This document shows, one piece after another, positions 8,769 through 15,726 of a DNA stretch of 33,763 nt; positions within the stretch are counted from its first letter, which is position 1; the number at the start of each line of letters is the position of its first letter. The stretch is from a virus (lineage: Duplodnaviria > Heunggongvirae > Uroviricota > Caudoviricetes). Both the position numbers and the translations under genes were made by a program. The DNA lies in IMG/VR virus record IMGVR_UViG_3300042946_001496. One strand, 5' to 3'. Under the pieces are notes generated by a model that worked only from the letters and a program-made list of their open reading frames with translations, searched no databases and was not told the DNA's origin.

Positions 8769-8834
8769 CCAGTTTTATCAACAAGCCAAAATTTCTGGAA
8801 GAAAATAGAAGAAATTAGCAAGAGAAGAAAATAG
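8756..8834 (+). pseudogene. Internally deleted family B LxSF gene
   Basis: MSKLASFINK (same as 10547) joined out of frame to the family's C-terminal FWKKIEEISKRRK*. Confidence 0.6.
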
Positions 8835-8852
8835 TTAGCAGAAAGAAATCTT

Positions 8853-9032
8853 ATGAGTTTACTTGATAGTTTCGACAAAACTAAGATAAAATGCTCAGCC
8901 TGTTCAACATATGTTGAAATAAAAGAATCTTGGAGTATTTTTGGCAAACGTACTTGTCGAAAGTGTTTATCAATATTTTTAAAACAAAATAAAAATAATG
9001 ATTATTATATCCCTATTCGTGGTAAACATTAG
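8853..9032 (+). CDS. LxSF-leader zinc finger, family A (59 aa, not in ORF track)
   Basis: MSLLDSFDKTKIKCSACSTY...TCRKC. Confidence 0.75.
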   Translation: MSLLDSFDKTKIKCSACSTYVEIKESWSIFGKRTCRKCLSIFLKQNKNNDYYIPIRGKH

Positions 9033-9160
9033 AAATATTTAACTTTTGAACAACTTTAGTTGTTCCAAGTTTTCTATCCCTATTATTTAGAATAGCAACA
9101 ATCATGTCTTCTTCAACAGCTCTCATAAACATACTTTCTTAAATCAAAAGAGTATAAATT

Positions 9161-9541
9161 ATGTGCAACCTAATCCTTGAACACAGAAGACTATACAAGA
9201 TTCGTAGTCGCAATTTAAATTATGGAATATACGATTCAGAAAATTCTAGATTTATAGGAATAAGAGAAAAAATAAACTCAAGGTTTATAGATTCTGCATA
9301 CATTCCTCAGGATGGTACAATTACGGTTATTAATGCACTAGACGTTCTGCCAAAAGAAATTTCATTAAAATACGCACTTGGGAATACTGATGCAGCTACT
9401 GGACGTTATATTGCTTTAAATAGAGATGGGAAATGGTTTTTTCTTGATAACAATGAACAATGCGATAGCATTGAGCCTGTGTTAATTGAAGATGAGCCAA
9501 TTTTTAAATGGCTTGACAAATTTGAGCAAAAGATTATTTAG
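9161..9541 (+). CDS. Hypothetical protein
   Basis: 126-aa ORF. Confidence 0.7.
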   Translation: MCNLILEHRRLYKIRSRNLNYGIYDSENSRFIGIREKINSRFIDSAYIPQDGTITVINALDVLPKEISLKYALGNTDAATGRYIALNRDGKWFFLDNNEQCDSIEPVLIEDEPIFKWLDKFEQKII

Positions 9542-9568
9542 AAAACAAATGAAACTTAAGGTGAAAGA

Positions 9569-9769
9569 ATGACGATTTTTTCAATAATTACAGAAGAAGA
9601 AAGAGGATCAATTGAAACAACAGCCGAACTAATAAAAACTGAGTCTGGACTTCATATTAAAATGTTATGGGCAAAAGATTTAAACACTGGTGAGTCTGTG
9701 TATCCTTGTTCGGCAGAAAGATTTGCAGAATACCTGAACAATTGTCAAAACACTTTTACAAAGGATTGA
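9569..9769 (+). CDS. Hypothetical protein
   Basis: 66 aa, AAGGTG upstream. Confidence 0.6.
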   Translation: MTIFSIITEEERGSIETTAELIKTESGLHIKMLWAKDLNTGESVYPCSAERFAEYLNNCQNTFTKD

Positions 9770-9771
9770 AA

Positions 9772-10121
9772 ATGAAAAAGTCACTGGACACTTTTATAAA
9801 TATAAATTTAGATAGCATTCCTTTTAACATCTGGGATGACTACTATGGCGATGGATGTGGAAAAATTCAAGAAACACATGGTTACATTGAAGAGTCTGAT
9901 GAATTAAACGAAGAACAAAAAGAAGAAATCTGCTCTTTAGTTTTTAACAGGCTAAAAAGCTAAAAAAACTAAACTTGCCGGGTGTAATTCTTGAAAACGA
10001 AGCTGATGAGATCTACTTTAAAAATTTAACTCATGAGCGAAGAGAAAAATTGGTTGACGAACTATGTTTGTTAAAACTGATGTATCGAAACATCCCGATT
10101 GAATTTTATAGCGAGTCTTGA
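9772..10121 (+). pseudogene. LxTF-leader gene broken by an 8-bp tandem duplication
   Basis: MKKSLDTF...; removing one gctaaaaa (9951-9958) restores a single frame ending FYSES* next to ATG 10122. Confidence 0.65.
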
Positions 10122-10273
10122 ATGAAAAATCTTCTTGATAGTTTTGCGAAAAATGTAAAAAATATTTTGAAAAAAAAGACTTAACAAGTTGGAGTGTACG
10201 ATTTCTTTGTAAACCTTGTAAAGAATATATCGATATTTATTTGGAGCAAAAATATAAGCTAATAAAATGGTAA
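10122..10273 (+). pseudogene. Frameshifted family A zinc-finger gene
   Basis: MKNLLDSF in frame 0; CEKCKKYFE...FLCKPCKE...KW* in the -1 frame; the usual xKxKxK linker is missing. Confidence 0.7.
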
Positions 10274-10563
10274 AACTAGTTAGTTTCATCAATAAAGTTC
10301 AATTTAAACTTCTTGCAGCACAAGTCGCACCGTCGTATAGGGACGTACCAACACCGTGGCACCGTATTAAAGTTAAAGGGCTTTATCCAGGCGGAACTCC
10401 TGTTTTATTTTACGTTAGTGATATAATCAATATTAACAGAAAAGAAAAATTCTTTGAAACCAGGTTTTGCATTGTAAACGTAAAATCGTATTTAGATGAT
10501 GAAGAATTATTCTGGAATTCCTTAGAATATCTGGTGATACCAGAAAATGTCAAAACTAGCTAG
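10267..10563 (+). CDS. LxSF-leader protein, family B
   Basis: MVKLVSFINK...INRKEKFFET...FWNSL. Confidence 0.8.
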   Translation: MVKLVSFINKVQFKLLAAQVAPSYRDVPTPWHRIKVKGLYPGGTPVLFYVSDIININRKEKFFETRFCIVNVKSYLDDEELFWNSLEYLVIPENVKTS

Positions 10564-10840
10564 TTTCATCAATAAGCACAAAGAAGAAATACGCATACAT
10601 TATCCTTCTTTTTATAAGGAAGATAAAAGAATGTTTTGTAGTAGATTTTATGGTATGGTCCACCACCATAGTAATCCTATATTTTTTATCTATAAAAACG
10701 AAATAGTCTTTATAGATAAAAAAGAAAAAATTTTTGAAACCACTAATGTTAGCTATATTGTAAAATCCATAATAGATCAAGATTTAAATTTCCAAAAAGA
10801 AGGATTTTGGGAAAATTTATCACAATATGCTCGGCTTTAA
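10547..10840 (+). CDS. LxSF-leader protein, family B
   Basis: MSKLASFINK...IDKKEKIFET...FWENL. Confidence 0.8.
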   Translation: MSKLASFINKHKEEIRIHYPSFYKEDKRMFCSRFYGMVHHHSNPIFFIYKNEIVFIDKKEKIFETTNVSYIVKSIIDQDLNFQKEGFWENLSQYARL

Positions 10841-10853
10841 AACGAGACTTTAA

Positions 10854-11081
10854 ATGGATCAAGAAAAATCAAAAAATTTGTTGAACAGCTTTAATGATTT
10901 TAAATTAATAATTGGTAAAGATTTTATTTGTTGGGGGTATTGTCCTTGGTGTTTAGAATTTTCTAGATTCAAGTGGTATGATCTTTTAACACTCATTTGC
11001 ATAAGTTGTCATAAAAAGATTACAACTACAGATAACATAAATCCAGATGGATCAAGAAAAATCAAAAAACTTGTTGAATAG
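10854..11081 (+). CDS. LxSF-leader zinc ribbon, family C
   Basis: MDQEKSKNLLNSF...GYCPWCLE...CISC. Confidence 0.8.
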   Translation: MDQEKSKNLLNSFNDFKLIIGKDFICWGYCPWCLEFSRFKWYDLLTLICISCHKKITTTDNINPDGSRKIKKLVE

Positions 11082-11295
11082 CTTTACTGAGTTTAAGGTA
11101 GTTGCTGCAATTGAACGACCTCGCAGTTCTGGTGATGTTATATGGCAAGGAACTTGTCCTTGGTGCTTAGAAGAATCTAAATTTACAATTTATTGGGTTC
11201 ATATATACCAACGATTGTTGTGTGAAAAATGTAGGAATGAAGTAATGTGGGATACAAAAAACATATATGAAAGAACAATCAAAAAATCTATTTGA
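11047..11295 (+). CDS. LxSF-leader zinc ribbon, family C
   Basis: MDQEKSKNLLNSF...GTCPWCLE...CEKC. Confidence 0.8.
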   Translation: MDQEKSKNLLNSFTEFKVVAAIERPRSSGDVIWQGTCPWCLEESKFTIYWVHIYQRLLCEKCRNEVMWDTKNIYERTIKKSI

Positions 11296-11422
11296 AAGCT
11301 TTGTTGTGTGCAAAGCAAAACTGCGTAAGGAGAAATATCCGACTTCTCTGGATGTTGGACGGGATCATTATTATGCTTGGTTTGGAACTTGTCCTTGGTG
11401 TTTAGAAAATGATGTTGAGTAG
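11267..11422 (+). CDS. Family C member, truncated after CPWCLE (51 aa, not in track)
   Basis: MKEQSKNLFESF...WFGTCPWCLENDVE*; lacks the second CxxC. Confidence 0.6.
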   Translation: MKEQSKNLFESFVVCKAKLRKEKYPTSLDVGRDHYYAWFGTCPWCLENDVE

Positions 11423-11429
11423 TTTTACG

Positions 11430-11630
11430 ATGTTGAACAGCAAACTACTCGAAAGTTTTGACAAAGATAAAATTAAATGTACAGACTGTGGGGAGTATTA
11501 TGATAAAAAACTTATATGCTGTACAGACTGTCTTTTGAAAGAAGTTAATAGACAAACGATAGAAACTTTTCGTACTATCTTGGAAAAAAGAAAAATGACC
11601 AGTAAACTCGACACTTTTAATAAAAATTAG
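11430..11630 (+). CDS. LxSF-leader zinc finger, family A, with an aborted second leader at its C-terminus
   Basis: MLNSKLLESFDKDKIKCTDCGEYYD...CTDC; ends MTSKLDTFNKN* (ATG 11595). Confidence 0.7.
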   Translation: MLNSKLLESFDKDKIKCTDCGEYYDKKLICCTDCLLKEVNRQTIETFRTILEKRKMTSKLDTFNKN

Positions 11631-11704
11631 TTTGGTGGTAATCTATAGTGTGGCTATAGTGGTTAACATGTTGACTTAATGACTATGAACGGGAATCACA
11701 GCGA

Positions 11705-12046
11705 ATGCCTAATAATAAAAAAATATTAGATAGCTTTATCAATAAGCGTAAAGTTGAACTTTTTGAAGTTGTTTTTCTTAAAGCATTCCTCTCTACTTGG
11801 TCGACCATGGCTGCAACGAACGTCATCGCAACGTCGAAAATAAATGGAACAGTATATCCTTCAGCTAAACCCGAAGGAGGACACGGCTACAGAAAAAGCT
11901 TCGAAGTCAGTCAGATAATTTATTTTGACAAAAAAGAAAAATTTTTTGAAACTGAAAAAGAAATTTTAAAGATACAATCATTCCACAAATTTAATACCGA
12001 AAATTATTTCTGGAGCTGGTTAGAACAAGATGTCAAAATTAAGTAG
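11705..12046 (+). CDS. LxSF-leader protein, family B
   Basis: MPNNKKILDSFINK...FDKKEKFFET...FWSWL. Confidence 0.8.
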   Translation: MPNNKKILDSFINKRKVELFEVVFLKAFLSTWSTMAATNVIATSKINGTVYPSAKPEGGHGYRKSFEVSQIIYFDKKEKFFETEKEILKIQSFHKFNTENYFWSWLEQDVKIK

Positions 12047-12281
12047 TTTTAGCAATAAAATTAAACATAGAGTATGTGATGCATACATCAAGCATATGTT
12101 TTGGGCTGAACCTACAGAATCCTTATCAATAAAAGGACTTGGTTGTTTTTTTAATGAAATTGTTTTCTTTGATAAAGAAGAAAAAATTATTGAAACGGCG
12201 AATACGATGTTCATTATATCGTCTTTTAAATACGACGAACAATCTTTTTGGAATACTTTAGAAGAGAAAATCAAACAATGA
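12030..12281 (+). CDS. LxSF-leader protein, family B
   Basis: MSKLSSFSNK...FDKEEKIIET...FWNTL. Confidence 0.8.
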   Translation: MSKLSSFSNKIKHRVCDAYIKHMFWAEPTESLSIKGLGCFFNEIVFFDKEEKIIETANTMFIISSFKYDEQSFWNTLEEKIKQ

Positions 12282-12484
12282 AAAACAATCTCGATAGCTT
12301 TAATAAAGATAAAATTAAATGCAAAAAATGCAAAAGTTATTATGATCCTGGAGATTGGGTTACACCATCATTATGCACATTTTGTAACGAAAAATGGCTT
12401 CAATATTGGTATGACAAGCGAATGATAAAAAAGTCAGTTATAGAATCAGATAAACTTTGGGAAGCTTTCTTAAATGAACAATAA
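12278..12484 (+). CDS. Array unit 1, family A zinc finger
   Basis: MKNNLDSFNKDKIKCKKCKSYYD...LCTFC..KW...WEAFLNEQ. Confidence 0.88.
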   Translation: MKNNLDSFNKDKIKCKKCKSYYDPGDWVTPSLCTFCNEKWLQYWYDKRMIKKSVIESDKLWEAFLNEQ

Positions 12485-12725
12485 ACTCGACAGTTTTAAC
12501 AAAGATAAAAGAAAATGTCAAAAGTGTAAAAATTACTACGATGTATTGATAGGCAATTTATGCGTGGGACGCGGCAGCGAAGAATGCAGTAAAAAATGGC
12601 TCCAATATTTTTACAAAAAAGCAAAACTTTGCACCATAGCGTACCAACTCAAAGCCTCCCAGGCGATCGAGAAGCTCCACCATCATAGGAGATCCACATT
12701 TAAAGAATTTTTAAATGAACAATAA
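12474..12725 (+). CDS. Array unit 2
   Basis: MNNKLDSFNKDKRKCQKC...LCVGRGSEEC..KW...FKEFLNEQ. Confidence 0.88.
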   Translation: MNNKLDSFNKDKRKCQKCKNYYDVLIGNLCVGRGSEECSKKWLQYFYKKAKLCTIAYQLKASQAIEKLHHHRRSTFKEFLNEQ

Positions 12726-12891
12726 ACTTGATACTTTCAACAAAGATAAAAGAAAATGTCAAAAATGTAAAGAGTATTTTGATGCTCCTCGGTGGAGCTG
12801 TTTATGTGAAGATTGCTATATAAAATGGGCGATCGCTGCCCACAAACATCTGTGCAGCATTGAAGATTGGTGTAACAGTGAACAAACTTGA
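12715..12891 (+). CDS. Array unit 3 (58 aa, not in track)
   Basis: MNNKLDTFNKDKRKCQKCKEYFD...LCEDC..KW...IEDWCNSEQT. Confidence 0.85.
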   Translation: MNNKLDTFNKDKRKCQKCKEYFDAPRWSCLCEDCYIKWAIAAHKHLCSIEDWCNSEQT

Positions 12892-13102
12892 CTCTTTCAA
12901 CAAAGATAAAAGAAAATGCAAAAAGTGTCCAGAGTATTATGATATAAATCTCTGGGGTATAGCGTCGAGTTGGGCCTTATGTGAAGATTGTGATAAAAAA
13001 TGGATGCTTTATTATCGGACCCTACCAGCGTACCACCAAAACGCTGATAATTTTAATTACAACCAAATGTTTGAAGATTGGTGTAAGAATGAACAAACTT
13101 GA
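12878..13102 (+). CDS. Array unit 4 (GTG start)
   Basis: MNKLDSFNKDKRKCKKCPEYYD...LCEDC.KKW...FEDWCKNEQT. Confidence 0.85.
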   Translation: MNKLDSFNKDKRKCKKCPEYYDINLWGIASSWALCEDCDKKWMLYYRTLPAYHQNADNFNYNQMFEDWCKNEQT

Positions 13103-13349
13103 CTCTTTCAACAAAGATAAAAGAAAATGCAAAAAGTGTAAAAATTATTGCGATAAAAAACCCCTGAATTTCCTTTTATCTGACAAATTATGTGAATATT
13201 GCACAGCAAAATGGCGTATCTTTAAAGATTCTTGGTATTCTAGGTATTTTACGTTGGGGACCTCGTTAGATATTCGCAAAGCTTTTGAAGACTGGTGCGA
13301 CAGTGAATCGGATTGTTTTAAAGAGTATTTAAATGAAAAACAAACTTGA
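13089..13349 (+). CDS. Array unit 5
   Basis: MNKLDSFNKDKRKCKKC...LCEYC..KW...FEDWCDSESDCFKEYLNEKQT (doubled tail). Confidence 0.88.
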   Translation: MNKLDSFNKDKRKCKKCKNYCDKKPLNFLLSDKLCEYCTAKWRIFKDSWYSRYFTLGTSLDIRKAFEDWCDSESDCFKEYLNEKQT

Positions 13350-13515
13350 TGCTTTTAATAAAGATAAAAGAAAGTGTGAAAAATGCAAAGAGTATTATGA
13401 TAAAACTGAAAACAAACTATGTGTAGATTGTAACGAAAAATGGATTCAATTTTGCGGGAGAATAGTGGGACGGGGGACACTTTTGAAAGTTTGGAGTGAG
13501 TTTTTAAATGAATAA
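13333..13515 (+). CDS. Array unit 6
   Basis: MKNKLDAFNKDKRKCEKC...LCVDC.EKW...WSEFLNE. Confidence 0.88.
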   Translation: MKNKLDAFNKDKRKCEKCKEYYDKTENKLCVDCNEKWIQFCGRIVGRGTLLKVWSEFLNE

Positions 13516-13705
13516 CAAACTCGATGCTTTTAATAAAGATAAAGCTAAGTGTTTAAAATGTAAAGATTACTTTGAGCTGAGAGATAGCCGGTTAAAATAT
13601 ATGTGTAGAAATTGTCATGAAAAATGGGCAAAATACATCAAAAGCTTTAAACACTTGAAAGATATGAACAGTTTTGAAAATTGGTGTAACAATGAACAAA
13701 CTTGA
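13508..13705 (+). CDS. Array unit 7
   Basis: MNNKLDAFNKDKAKCLKC...MCRNC.EKW...FENWCNNEQT. Confidence 0.88.
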   Translation: MNNKLDAFNKDKAKCLKCKDYFELRDSRLKYMCRNCHEKWAKYIKSFKHLKDMNSFENWCNNEQT

Positions 13706-13898
13706 TGCTTTTAACAACGATAAAACTAAATGCAAAAAGTGTAAAAATTATTATGATAAAATAAAAGCGTTCGGAGCTAAAAAAGTTTTGTGTGACAGTT
13801 GTTATGAAAAATGGTTCATAGCGTGCCAACAACGTTTGAAGCTCACCGGTCGCCACATGACGCAAAGAGATTTTGAAAATTGGTGTAACGAGAAATGA
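13692..13898 (+). CDS. Array unit 8
   Basis: MNKLDAFNNDKTKCKKC...LCDSC.EKW...FENWCNEK. Confidence 0.88.
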   Translation: MNKLDAFNNDKTKCKKCKNYYDKIKAFGAKKVLCDSCYEKWFIACQQRLKLTGRHMTQRDFENWCNEK

Positions 13899-14080
13899 AC
13901 GAACTTGATACTTTTAATAAAGATAAAATTAAATGCACTAAATGTAAAAATTATTATGATGAAACTGAAAATAAACTATGTTTAGATTGTAACAAAAAAT
14001 GGATGAAATATTACAATAACCACAGGGAAAGTACGGATTCACGGCGATGTTGGGAGGAATGGCTCAACAATGAACAATAA
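13895..14080 (+). CDS. Array unit 9
   Basis: MNELDTFNKDKIKCTKC...LCLDC.KKW...WEEWLNNEQ. Confidence 0.88.
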   Translation: MNELDTFNKDKIKCTKCKNYYDETENKLCLDCNKKWMKYYNNHRESTDSRRCWEEWLNNEQ

Positions 14081-14276
14081 ACTTGACAGTTTCAACAAAG
14101 ATAAATTTAAATGTGAGAAGTGTAAAGAGTATTTTGATGACTTCTTTTTCAGGTGCACGTTTAGTCATTGGTTGTGTAACGATTGCTATAAAAAATGGTC
14201 TGCTTGGTGTGATAACAAAAAAATAAAAAAGTTTAGCGAAGCTTTTGTAAGTTGGTATAATGATGAACAAACTTGA
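14070..14276 (+). CDS. Array unit 10
   Basis: MNNKLDSFNKDKFKCEKC...LCNDC.KKW...FVSWYNDEQT. Confidence 0.88.
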   Translation: MNNKLDSFNKDKFKCEKCKEYFDDFFFRCTFSHWLCNDCYKKWSAWCDNKKIKKFSEAFVSWYNDEQT

Positions 14277-14475
14277 TGCTTTTAACAACGATAAAACTAA
14301 ATGCAAAAAGTGTAAAGAGTATTTTGATTACAATTATTTATATTTGTGTGAAAACTGTTTTAAAAAGTGGAAAGTTTATTATGAACCACTGAAGACTAAA
14401 TTGATTGGTGATTTTTATCACGATTATTATGAATCGGCTTGTTTTAAAGAATTTTTAAATGAAAAACAAACTTGA
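14263..14475 (+). CDS. Array unit 11
   Basis: MNKLDAFNNDKTKCKKC...LCENC.KKW...FKEFLNEKQT. Confidence 0.88.
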   Translation: MNKLDAFNNDKTKCKKCKEYFDYNYLYLCENCFKKWKVYYEPLKTKLIGDFYHDYYESACFKEFLNEKQT

Positions 14476-14668
14476 TAGCTTCAACAAAAATAAAATTAAA
14501 TGTAAAAAATGTAAAGAGTATTTTGATAAAACAAACTTCGTTATTACGTTTGGTGACTGGTTGTGTAAAGATTGTAGTGAAAAATGGTTTCAATTTCGGA
14601 GTAAACAACCTATTTCCAAGCTTGTTTGTACTAAAATTTGGATTGATTTCTTAGATGAACAAAACTAA
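14459..14668 (+). CDS. Array unit 12
   Basis: MKNKLDSFNKNKIKCKKC...LCKDC.EKW...WIDFLDEQN. Confidence 0.88.
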   Translation: MKNKLDSFNKNKIKCKKCKEYFDKTNFVITFGDWLCKDCSEKWFQFRSKQPISKLVCTKIWIDFLDEQN

Positions 14669-14678
14669 CTAACCAAAG

Positions 14679-14695
14679 TTTCTTTCTGGTACGCT
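14679..14695 (+). promoter_or_regulatory. Recurrent motif, copy 3
   Basis: tttctttctggtacgct, 21 nt before the tilS ATG (GGAGG RBS between). Confidence 0.6.
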
Positions 14696-14716
14696 GGATT
14701 CGTGGAGGGAGCGACT

Positions 14717-15382
14717 ATGATTAACATTGTTAGAAGCACTATTAGCAAGGACGAACACTATTATTTTGGCGTCAGTATGGGCGTCGATAGTGTTAGTGCT
14801 TACTTTTGGATGCTGAATAAAGGCTACAATGTTAGTCCTATTCACTTTAACCACAAGTTGCGACCGCAGAATGACTTGATGGAAAGTAAGTATTTGGAAC
14901 TTTGTGATGCTACTCACAAGATTCCTATGGTTGGTAAAGGGAAAAATCTTAGCACTGAAAGCGATTGCCGCAAGGCTAGGCTTGAGTTTGTTAAGAGTGT
15001 TGTGAACTTTGGCGGCAGTATTTTGACTGCACATCATCTTAATGATTTTGTTGAAAGCTATCTACTGAACTGTTTTCGTGGCAAGCCAGACAACAACATC
15101 ATTAGCCTTGTAAGCAATTTTCCTGAATACAAAATTGTTCATCCTTTTCTTTTGAGTAGGAAAAAGGATTTGATTCAATATGCCGAACGTAACGATTTGA
15201 TGCGTTTTGTAGTTACTGACGAAACCAATGGAATCATCAAAGGCAGCCGACGAAACTGGATCAGGAATGTAATTGTTCCTGAAATGAAAAAGCAAAAGCT
15301 GAGTCTGGAAAAGTTTTGTATCGAAAAAATTAAAGAAATGGAGAAAAATTACTCTATTGAAAATGAAACAGCACTAGGGTAG
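14717..15382 (+). CDS. tilS: tRNA(Ile)-lysidine synthetase, catalytic N-terminal domain only
   Basis: PP-loop variant SMGVDS, HFNHKLR, R..R, TAHHLND..ES.LL...RG, HPFL, D.TN, RNWIR..IVP; adjacent to a CAU tRNA. Confidence 0.85.
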   Translation: MINIVRSTISKDEHYYFGVSMGVDSVSAYFWMLNKGYNVSPIHFNHKLRPQNDLMESKYLELCDATHKIPMVGKGKNLSTESDCRKARLEFVKSVVNFGGSILTAHHLNDFVESYLLNCFRGKPDNNIISLVSNFPEYKIVHPFLLSRKKDLIQYAERNDLMRFVVTDETNGIIKGSRRNWIRNVIVPEMKKQKLSLEKFCIEKIKEMEKNYSIENETALG

Positions 15383-15429
15383 AATGGGTGTGTCGAGAGA
15401 ATAATTAGGAGATAGATAAAACAAAACAT

Positions 15430-15706
15430 GCGGCGTTAGCTCAACGGTGAGAGCAAGGAACTCCAAAAGGGTCGACTATCTGGAAACGGATAGTTAGTTA
15501 GGTGTAAATTCGGTGAACGCTTTAAAATGCCAACGCCGAGCCAAGCCTAGAAGTAATTCTAGGAAGGTGTAGAGACTATAATCACCCACCTAAAGCTGGA
15601 AACAGTAACGGTGAAGGCATAGTCCAGACCACAAATCGAAAGAGTAGCGAAAGCTATAGTGGTAAGCATAATTCCGAGGTTGGGGGTTCGAATCCCTCAC
15701 GCCGTA
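15430..15706 (+). tRNA. tRNA with anticodon CAU (probably Ile2/lysidine, possibly elongator Met), intron-split
   Basis: Exons 15430-15462 and 15667-15706 join to a cloverleaf: GCGGCGT/ACGCCGT, GCTC/GAGC, loop CT CAT AA, T-loop TTCGAAT, A73. No fMet hallmarks. Confidence 0.88.
15463..15666 (+). mobile_element. Group I intron (204 nt) inserted after U33
   Basis: P1 with U.G at the splice site; aaattcggtgaa and gccgagccaa core strands; P7 gacta/tagtc; terminal G. Confidence 0.92.
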
Positions 15707-15726
15707 TTTTGTTTGATTGTTGATTT

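Larger units (their letters stand above)
12278..14668 (+). repeat. Tandem array of 12 paralogous zinc-finger genes (~180-260-bp units)
   Basis: The junction aatgaa(c/a)aa(t/c)aaact(t/c)ga..cttt.aa.aaagataaa...aaatg recurs 12 times; variable segments stay open in frame. Confidence 0.95.

Noticed and set aside
10122-10184. Programmed -1 frameshift at A_AAA_AAG
   Set aside because: The slippery run lies downstream of the first CxxC, so shifting there would not rebuild the zinc finger.
12278-14668. CRISPR array
   Set aside because: Repeats are degenerate with synonymous variation, the spacers are 100-200 nt and open in frame, and no cas genes are recognisable.
12278-14668. Diversity-generating retroelement
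   Set aside because: No reverse transcriptase and no TR/VR pair differing only at adenines; variation includes indels and all bases.
15430-15706. Initiator tRNA-fMet
   Set aside because: No C1:A72 mismatch and no three consecutive G-C pairs in the anticodon stem.
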